From assembly GCA_039589315.1 (NCBI GenBank), contig JBDHHQ010000021.1:32001-96000 (forward strand): a stretch of DNA of 64,000 bases, in the 5' to 3' direction. Origin of the DNA: Gemmatimonadota bacterium. GTDB lineage: Bacteria; Gemmatimonadota; Gemmatimonadetes; Longimicrobiales; Gaopeijiaceae. Shown here one piece after another: positions 18,441 through 25,572 of this stretch (position 1 is its first letter; every line of letters starts with the position of its first letter). Position numbers and translations under genes: made by a program. The notes beneath the pieces were generated by a model. It saw nothing but the letters and a program-made list of their open reading frames with translations, did no database searches and was not told where the DNA came from.

Positions 18441-19541
18441 GTGTCGGATTCTACCCGTCCCTCCGACACCGCCGCGGGCTTCGAGGTCAACGCGGACTTC
18501 CGCCGCTTCAACCAGAAGAACGACGTCTTCTGCCGCTCCTTCTGGGATCCGACGGTCCGGTCGGGCCGTTCCGGCCTCTTCTACCAGTCCTACCGCACTC
18601 CGCTGATCGAGTGGAAGAAGGTGGAGGGCTTCACCCAGCGGGACTACGCGCTCCGGAACGCCGCCTGGCACGTGACGGACATCTTCGCCGAGCTCAAGGA
18701 GGACGGGGACCGGCGAGAGGGCTTCCTGGATGAGTACACCGTTCTACGGGATGGCCCGGACCAGAAAGTCGACGTCGAATCGCCCGAGGCCATGGCCACC
18801 GAGATCAAGCACGTGGCCAAGACATTCGGCGCCGACCTGGTCGGGATCACCGACTTCGACGAGCGGTGGATCTACACCCGGAAGTACTCGCGCCAGCGGG
18901 AGAACGAGAAGCCCCAGGAGATTCCGGGCGATCTCACCAACGTCATCGTCATCGCCCAGTCCATGGACCGGGACCTGATCCGCACGGTGCCCTCGGCGCT
19001 CAGCGGCACTGCAACCGGGCTCGGATACGCCCACGACACCGTGGTACTACTTGGCCTCACTCAGTACATCCTGAACCTGGGCTACCGGGCCGTGGCCAGC
19101 ATGAACGACTCGGCGCTGGCGATCCCGTATGCCCTGAAAGCCGGCCTGGGGGAGTACGGGCGCCACGGCCTGGTGATCACCGAGGAGTTCGGGCCGCGCG
19201 TTCGCTTCGGCAAGATCTTCACCGATCTGCCTCTGGCCCACGACAGCCCGAAGCGCTTCGGTGTGAAGGAGTTCTGCGAGGTGTGCCGGGCGTGCACGGA
19301 TGCGTGCCCGGCGAATGCAATACCAGGCGGCACGCCCAGCACGGAGGTCCACAACATCTCGAACATCCGGGGAGTGAAGAAGTGGACCGTCGATGGAGAG
19401 AAGTGCTTCAGGTTCTGGGCGAACCAGAACAGCGACTGCTCGATCTGCGTGCGCGTCTGCCCCTACAACCGGGACTATGGCAAGCTCTCCAGAAACGGTG
19501 AAGTGCGGCGCAGCCGAGGACTCGCGTCGCCGATGCGGTAA
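18441..19541 (+). CDS. reductive dehalogenase (RdhA)-like cobalamin/2x[4Fe-4S] protein, no TAT signal
   Basis: FGADLVGI, AGLGEYGRHGLVITEEFGPRVRFGKIFTDLPL, CEVCRACTDACP and KC-x10-CSICVRVCP motifs; start uncertain. Confidence 0.85.
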   Translation: MSDSTRPSDTAAGFEVNADFRRFNQKNDVFCRSFWDPTVRSGRSGLFYQSYRTPLIEWKKVEGFTQRDYALRNAAWHVTDIFAELKEDGDRREGFLDEYTVLRDGPDQKVDVESPEAMATEIKHVAKTFGADLVGITDFDERWIYTRKYSRQRENEKPQEIPGDLTNVIVIAQSMDRDLIRTVPSALSGTATGLGYAHDTVVLLGLTQYILNLGYRAVASMNDSALAIPYALKAGLGEYGRHGLVITEEFGPRVRFGKIFTDLPLAHDSPKRFGVKEFCEVCRACTDACPANAIPGGTPSTEVHNISNIRGVKKWTVDGEKCFRFWANQNSDCSICVRVCPYNRDYGKLSRNGEVRRSRGLASPMR

Positions 19542-19644
19542 CCCGTGGCGGATAGGACGCCAGGGGGAGGCGGATCGGACGACACGCGGCGCAATCGGGC
19601 AATGCCCTGTGCTGCGCGAGAGAAACCTGACCACGGAGCATCGA

Positions 19645-21399
19645 ATGCCGGGGAGACGTACGGGGATCTTCGACGGGACTTCCGCGATGGGCATCGTGGT
19701 CGCTCTGGTATCGTTCTGGGTCTGCGCCACGTCCGCGCAGGCTTCCTCTAGCGCAATGGACGGGGGGGCCGCGGCGGCAACGATCCCGTCCAGCGTGGCA
19801 ACGAATCCGTCAGTGGCGGTTGCCGGCGAGGCCGGGTCAACACCTCCAGCGCCCGCAGTGGTGACCCCGACGGCGGACGCCTCGGGCGACACGATCCCGC
19901 TCTACGGCAACCTGGGGCCTCACACCCGGCCGATCACGACCTCGTCCCCGTTGGCGCAAGCGTACTTCGATCAGGCCAAGCAGCTGACGTTCGCCTACGG
20001 CCACTCCGAGGCGTTGCCCTCCTTCAAGGAAGCCCAGCGCCAAGATCCCGAGTGCGCCATGTGCTTCTGGGGCGAGGCCTGGGCCAACGGGCCCTACCTC
20101 AATTCGGGGATGGACGAGGAAGAGGGGATCGCGGCGAATGCCGCGATCCAAAGGGCAATGGAGCTGCGGCACGCTGGCACTGACGTCGAGAAGGCCCTCA
20201 TCGAGGCCATGGCCACCCGGTACGTTGCCGAGCCCACCCAAGCCAACCGCGCTCCCCTCGACAGCGCCTACGCCGACGCCATGAGGGACGTGGTTCGGAG
20301 ATTTCCCAACGACCTGGACGCCGGCAGCCTACTGGGGGAGGCGCTGATGCTCTTGGCTCCGCGGCGGTTCTGGGACGAATACGGAGACCCGAACCCTGGC
20401 GTGGAGGAGATGGTGGCGGTCCTCGAGAGCGTCCTGGCCCGGGACATCAAGCACCCCGGGGCTTGCCATCACTACATCCACCTCGTGGAGGCGTCTCCCA
20501 CGCCGGAGCGGGCCGAAGCCTGTGCCGACCACCTCGGCAGCGCCATTCCCGGCGCCAGCCACATCAACCACATGCCGTCCCACATCTACATGAACATCGG
20601 GCGCTACGGCGACGCGGTGAAGGCCAACCAGCAGGCCTGGCACACGGACCTCAAGGCTGCTTACGGCGGTCCTCCCGGGATCTACCCGACCCACAATCTC
20701 CATATGATGCTGTTCGGGGCCTGGCTGGACGGACAGAGCGCGGTGGCGATGCAAGCCGCGCGAGACCTGGCCCGGATCGCGGAGAATTCGGCCTTCTACG
20801 TTCCGGTGGCGCTGGTACGTTTCGGGCGCTGGGACGAAGTGCTGGAGTTGCCCGACGGTCCCGACACGCCGTTCCAGCGGGCGTTGTGGGACTTCAGCCG
20901 TGGGATGGCCACGCTTCGGCTCGGAGACGCCCAGGCGGCCCGTACGCACCTGACCGAGGTGGATCGGGTCGTGGACGAGCTGCCGGACTCCATGAGTCGG
21001 AGCTTCCGCCGTCACAAGCAGCGGGACCTGCTCCTCATGGCTCGTGGGGTTCTCTCCGGTGAGATCGACGCCTCGGAGGGCCGTTACGATCAGGCCATCG
21101 AGGCCCTGCGCGCCGCTGCCACCGTGGAGGACAACCTCGCCTACGACGAGCCCGAGCCTTGGCCCATCCCCGTGCGTCACGTGCTGGGCGCGGTCCTCCT
21201 GGAGGCGGGTTGGCCGTCCGAAGCGGAAGTGGAATACAAGAAGGAGCTGGACCACCACAAGGAGAACGGTTGGTCGCTGTTCGGCTTGGCTCAGAGTCTC
21301 GAGGCGCAGGACAGGAACGACGAGGCGGGGGAGGTCTGGCAGCGCTTCGAGCGCGCCTGGGGCCGGTCCGACCTGTGGATTCGGTCGTCACGTTTCTGA
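19645..21399 (+). CDS. secreted TPR-like protein with conserved His motifs
   Basis: Signal peptide and A/P/T linker; DPECAMC.WG.A, HPGACHHYIH, HINHMPSHIY, YPTHNLH, YDEPEPW, NGWSLFG and terminal SSRF. Confidence 0.85.
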   Translation: MPGRRTGIFDGTSAMGIVVALVSFWVCATSAQASSSAMDGGAAAATIPSSVATNPSVAVAGEAGSTPPAPAVVTPTADASGDTIPLYGNLGPHTRPITTSSPLAQAYFDQAKQLTFAYGHSEALPSFKEAQRQDPECAMCFWGEAWANGPYLNSGMDEEEGIAANAAIQRAMELRHAGTDVEKALIEAMATRYVAEPTQANRAPLDSAYADAMRDVVRRFPNDLDAGSLLGEALMLLAPRRFWDEYGDPNPGVEEMVAVLESVLARDIKHPGACHHYIHLVEASPTPERAEACADHLGSAIPGASHINHMPSHIYMNIGRYGDAVKANQQAWHTDLKAAYGGPPGIYPTHNLHMMLFGAWLDGQSAVAMQAARDLARIAENSAFYVPVALVRFGRWDEVLELPDGPDTPFQRALWDFSRGMATLRLGDAQAARTHLTEVDRVVDELPDSMSRSFRRHKQRDLLLMARGVLSGEIDASEGRYDQAIEALRAAATVEDNLAYDEPEPWPIPVRHVLGAVLLEAGWPSEAEVEYKKELDHHKENGWSLFGLAQSLEAQDRNDEAGEVWQRFERAWGRSDLWIRSSRF

Positions 21400-21445
21400 C
21401 CCGAGGGATCCGACTCCGTATCGACTCCGGAAAGGACCACTGATC

Positions 21446-22270
21446 GTGCGACTCGATAGACCAGAGACCGCGGCGGCTCCGAGCCGAGGTGTCCCGCGAC
21501 GACGCTTCCTCGTGGACGTGTCGGCTGCGGCGGGGCTGCTGACGTGGGGAGTGGCAAGCGCCAGAAGGCTCGGCGCCGCCCCCGTGCCGCCGGATGCCGA
21601 CACCCGGATCCCGCACTCCGAGTCCCGGGCCCAGGAAGCCAGCTCCGGGATCGTCCTCCCCCAGTCCGGGGCGCAGGAAGCCAGTGCCCGGATCGTGCTC
21701 CCCGAACCGGGGCCCATGCTCCCACCCGTCCCCGCCGTGCTCCTCACGGTGCGAGGTAAGGACGAGGACCCGCACCACATTTCGGTAGTCTGGACGTTCG
21801 TCGTCAACGGCGACCCGCCCCAGATCGGCATCGCCCCCGGACACGAGCATGTGGCCGGAGAGCTCGTGGACCTGCATGGCGAGTTCGTGCTCAATGTGCC
21901 GACAACCAGGATGGTGGAGGGCTTCGACCGCGTGGACATGACCTCGTCCCGTGTGGGCGACAAGTTCACGCTGTCGGGCTTCACGGCGGGTCAGGCGGTC
22001 GCCGTGGATGCCCCCACCGTCGAGGAGTCCCCGATCCACGTGGAGTGCCGCGTGTTCGACCGCCACGAAGTGCCCCCCAGCCGTACCCTGTTCCTGGCCG
22101 ACGTCGTCGCAACCACGGTTCACGAGGGTGCTTGCGACGAGAACGGTCGCCTGATCGTGGAGAACGTGCCGTTCTTCGGCATGACCGCCGGCAGTGGCGA
22201 GTTCTACACGGTGGGCACGCGGGTGGGGAACATCGGCATGACCATGGGTCGCTCGGACATCAAGTACTGA
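21446..22270 (+). CDS. flavin reductase-like (DIM6/NTAB) FMN-binding protein with twin-arginine signal
   Basis: PRRRFL followed by a hydrophobic stretch; P.PAVL, GEFVLNVP, DKF, AP.VEESP..VECRV; RBS AAAGGA before GTG 21446. Confidence 0.8.
   Translation: MRLDRPETAAAPSRGVPRRRFLVDVSAAAGLLTWGVASARRLGAAPVPPDADTRIPHSESRAQEASSGIVLPQSGAQEASARIVLPEPGPMLPPVPAVLLTVRGKDEDPHHISVVWTFVVNGDPPQIGIAPGHEHVAGELVDLHGEFVLNVPTTRMVEGFDRVDMTSSRVGDKFTLSGFTAGQAVAVDAPTVEESPIHVECRVFDRHEVPPSRTLFLADVVATTVHEGACDENGRLIVENVPFFGMTAGSGEFYTVGTRVGNIGMTMGRSDIKY
21629..21712 (+). repeat. 2 x 42-nt in-frame tandem duplication
   Basis: AQEASSGIVLPQSG / AQEASARIVLPEPG; the DNA copies start gcccaggaagccagc and gcgcaggaagccagt. Confidence 0.85.
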
Positions 22271-22291
22271 GCCAGACTGGCCTCGGCCGTC

Positions 22292-24055
22292 ATGACGCTG
22301 CTCTTTCGCCGTCTCGTCCTGATCTTCGTGGCACTGTCCGCCACTGGCGCTTTGGTTTGGGTGGGCATGACGGTCGTCGCCGAGCAGCTGATCGACGCCG
22401 AGCTGCTGGAGCAGGTCTTGAACGGCGCCGTGGGTCCCGCCACGGACGGCCGGTACCGCGTCCAGGTCGATCACGTCGACGTGGCGCCGTGGAAGGGCGA
22501 CCTGACGGTGAACGGGATCCGCCTGCGACCCCAGGACTTCGGCACCAACGATCCGGACCCCGGTTTGGCACCCGCGCTCCGCTTTTCGATGGACGTGGGC
22601 ACCGTGTCCTTCGAGGGGGTGCAGATCGGTAGGCTGATCCTGGACCGGGACCTGGAGGCGGACGCGTTCACCATCCGGGCACCCCGCGTCGCTGTGATCC
22701 TCGTGGAGCGGGAGATCCCCCCGGTCATGGATGGAGCCGGCACGACGCCGGGTGATGAAGCTCGTGTCGAGGCACGCGGCGGTGAGGCGGCCGCGCCCAC
22801 GCCGGATTCGGCTGGCACCAGCCCGACGCTCCGTGAGGCCGTGGCTCAACAGCTGCGCCACATCCACGTTAGAACGGTGGCGATCGAAGACGTCGACGCG
22901 ACGATCGTCACGCTTCGCCGCGGCGGGGCCGGTCGCGGGGAGGCGCCCCTGAGGGAACGCGTGAGAGGGCTGTCGCTGACCTTCGACGACTTCCGCATCG
23001 ATCCGGGCGAAGCCGATTCCGAGGAGCGGTTTCTGTGGTCGGAGGATGTCCGGCTCGAGATGGACGCCATGGAGCTCAGCGGCGGTGAGCGAGCGGTGGT
23101 GAGCATCGGAGCCGTGTCCGCGTCGACCGCCGCGGGCTCGATCCACGTCGAGTCCTTCGCGCTGGATCCGACGCGCGCGGAGGCCGAGTACCTGGCCGGA
23201 CAGGGCCCCGGAGGCGATCGGGTCACCATGGCGACCGGCGCGGTGTCGGTGGAGGGACTCCAGTTCCATCGACTCACCCAGGACCTCGAAGCGGTGGCCC
23301 GGACGGTGCGGGTCGAGGGACTCACGCTGACGGTGCTGAGCGACAAGCACCGGCCCGGCAGTCCTCGCACGAGCCCGCCCACCATGCCCCACGACGTCAT
23401 GCGCGAGCTGCCCGTGGGCATCACGGTGGATACCGTGGAGATCGTGGACGGCTCCGTGACCTACTCGGAGCGAGGCCCACGGAGCCAGCGTCCGGGATCC
23501 GTCGCCTTCGCCGACGTCCAGGCCCGGCTCACCAACCTGACGAACGACCCGGCCCGCATCGCGTCCGACGGGCCGACCATGCTGGAGGCCGAAGCCCGCG
23601 CGTTCGACGCCGCTCCGGTGAGCGTCCGTGCCTCCATCCCCCTGCTCGCCCCCCCCCCGACCATGTTCTTCTTCGCCAGCGTGGGGCGCTTTCCCGCCGG
23701 GGCGGTGAACGCGATCCTGCCGGACCTGGAGGGAATCCGCGTGACGGCGGGCCGCGTCGACAGCGCCCGCGTGGACATCCGTTACCGGCCGGGCGGGGCT
23801 TCAGGTGCTGTCATGGTGGGATACGAGGATCTCTCGATCCGCCAGGAGGACCGGAACACCGGGAACCAGAACCTCGGGCAGAAGCTCACGAGCTTCCTGG
23901 CCAACACTTTCGTGATTCGCGGGAGCAACCGGCCGGACGACGGCAAGCCGCCGCGCCAGGGTCGGGTCGCCTACGAGGCTGATCCGAACGCACCCTTCTT
24001 CAAGATCTTCTGGGAAGCGATCCGCGAGGGTCTGATCGACGTGACAAAGCGCTGA
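22292..24055 (+). CDS. AsmA/DUF748-like membrane-anchored beta-rich protein
   Basis: N-terminal TM, repeating beta-strand pattern, Y.E..., LTNLTN, SFLAN.FVI..SN and FFK.FW C-terminus. Confidence 0.65.
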   Translation: MTLLFRRLVLIFVALSATGALVWVGMTVVAEQLIDAELLEQVLNGAVGPATDGRYRVQVDHVDVAPWKGDLTVNGIRLRPQDFGTNDPDPGLAPALRFSMDVGTVSFEGVQIGRLILDRDLEADAFTIRAPRVAVILVEREIPPVMDGAGTTPGDEARVEARGGEAAAPTPDSAGTSPTLREAVAQQLRHIHVRTVAIEDVDATIVTLRRGGAGRGEAPLRERVRGLSLTFDDFRIDPGEADSEERFLWSEDVRLEMDAMELSGGERAVVSIGAVSASTAAGSIHVESFALDPTRAEAEYLAGQGPGGDRVTMATGAVSVEGLQFHRLTQDLEAVARTVRVEGLTLTVLSDKHRPGSPRTSPPTMPHDVMRELPVGITVDTVEIVDGSVTYSERGPRSQRPGSVAFADVQARLTNLTNDPARIASDGPTMLEAEARAFDAAPVSVRASIPLLAPPPTMFFFASVGRFPAGAVNAILPDLEGIRVTAGRVDSARVDIRYRPGGASGAVMVGYEDLSIRQEDRNTGNQNLGQKLTSFLANTFVIRGSNRPDDGKPPRQGRVAYEADPNAPFFKIFWEAIREGLIDVTKR

Positions 24056-24118
24056 CGCACGGCTTTCCCGGAACGGCCAGGGCCTCCCGCACGCGGTACG
24101 CCGCCGCAGTCCCGCAGG

Positions 24119-24802
24119 TCAGTACGGCACGTCGATCGCCCTGCAGATGAAGCGCACGAGGCTCCCGCCGGCCTTGAAGGTGGCCGCCAGCTCGTCCGCG
24201 AATCCCGCGCTGGTCACGGCCTTCTGGCTCAGCCGCGTGACGCCGATGAAGTCCTTGCGCCGGAGGTCGTCGATCAGGGGGTGCTCGGGATCGACTCCCT
24301 TGGGTGCGCGCTTGAGGGCGTCGCCTTCCAGGTCGTAGAGGTTACGGAACCGCTTGCCCACGGCACGCTTCCAGGCGGTCGGGTCCTCTACGATGGCCTC
24401 CCGGATCTTGCGAAGCGTCGTCGAGTCGGGATGCCAGCTCCCCACCCCGCAGAAGACCTGGCCAGGCTCGAGGTGCAGGTAGAATCCCGGCGCGTACGCG
24501 TCCTTGCCCAGCTCGTGACGGAACTGGATGCCCGTGTGGGTCTTGTAGGGGCTCTTGTCCTTCGAGAAGCGGGTGTCCCGGTGGATTCTGAACAACGATC
24601 CACCCACGGCCCGGGGATCCGCCCGGAAGTGGGGGCTGATCTTCTCGAGTCGGGGACCGAAATCGGCGATCAGCTTGAGCGCCGGGTCCTTCACGTGCTG
24701 TTCGTAGCGACTCTTGTTGTCCTGGAACCACTCCCGATTGTTGTTCTCCGCCAGCTCCTTCAAGAAGGTGAAGAGCGAGGGTGTGAAGTAACGTTCCGCC
24801 AT
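24119..24802 (-). CDS. DUF2461 (TIGR02453) family protein
   Basis: FLKELAENNNREWF, FRIHRDTRFSKDKSPYKT and PGFYLHLEP motifs. Confidence 0.92.
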   Translation of the reverse strand: MAERYFTPSLFTFLKELAENNNREWFQDNKSRYEQHVKDPALKLIADFGPRLEKISPHFRADPRAVGGSLFRIHRDTRFSKDKSPYKTHTGIQFRHELGKDAYAPGFYLHLEPGQVFCGVGSWHPDSTTLRKIREAIVEDPTAWKRAVGKRFRNLYDLEGDALKRAPKGVDPEHPLIDDLRRKDFIGVTRLSQKAVTSAGFADELAATFKAGGSLVRFICRAIDVPY

Positions 24803-25183
24803 TGTTCCCTACCCGGTCAGAGGTCGGCCCCATTTAGGTCCGGCGCGTGAGGCAAGCAGCTCGGCGGGCGCGCCAGGACGGGATCATGCGACGTGGGCCC
24901 GGGCGACGCCAGGGCCGAAGGGGCGGTGTGAGATTCGATGCGTCGACGCCGTTCGCCGACTACCCACGGCTCTACCGTCGGGCCCGTATGGCAGATATTC
25001 GCGCTCCGCCCCGGGCACGACTGTGCAGAGAAGCGACGGAGCGTCTCCGGAGTGGACGCCGGACGGCGACCACGTCGTGGCGGAGCCCTCTCTCCCCTGC
25101 GTGGGGGCGGCCGTGAAACCCTCAGCAAACAGAGCCCGTAGGGCCAGTGTCACAACTACTGGAGAATAGGACTAATCCGTCTC

Positions 25184-25210
25184 GATCAGTCCTGGAATAT
25201 AGGACTGATC
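25184..25210. promoter_or_regulatory. perfect 10-7-10 inverted repeat, probable PadR operator
   Basis: GATCAGTCCT-ggaatat-AGGACTGATC, 32 nt upstream of the padR ATG; an extra half-site ATAGGACTAATC lies at 25166-25177. Confidence 0.7.
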
Positions 25211-25242
25211 AGCGGGCACCGACCCTCTACGGAGCGACGCAA

Positions 25243-25572
25243 ATGCGAAAGGGGCTGGGCGAGTTCGAGCACCTCCTGCTCCTGGCCGTGATGCGGTTGG
25301 GAGACGAAGCGTACGGGGTCACCATGCGCCGGGAGATCGAAGCCCGAACCGGACGCTCCGTTTCCCTCGGGGCCATCTACCCCTCCATGGACCGGCTCGA
25401 GGAGCGTGGGTTGGTGTCGTCCCGCATGGGGCCCCCCACGGGCGAGCGCGGCGGAAGGAGCCGGCGCTACTTCCGCCTGGAGCCCGCCGGCGAACGGGCG
25501 ATTCGGGCTACGCGGGACATGCTCGCGTCCATGTGGGACGGCCACGAGGCCTATCTGGGATCCGACCGGTGA
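25243..25572 (+). CDS. PadR family transcriptional regulator
   Basis: LGEFEHLLLLA, AYGV, GAIYPSMDRLE and GGRSRRYFRL...G motifs. Confidence 0.93.
   Translation: MRKGLGEFEHLLLLAVMRLGDEAYGVTMRREIEARTGRSVSLGAIYPSMDRLEERGLVSSRMGPPTGERGGRSRRYFRLEPAGERAIRATRDMLASMWDGHEAYLGSDR

Noticed and set aside
25040..25085. PD40-like peptide fragment (SPEWTPDGDHVV) in intergenic DNA
   Set aside because: Too short to call a pseudogene without a search; it may be a chance match.
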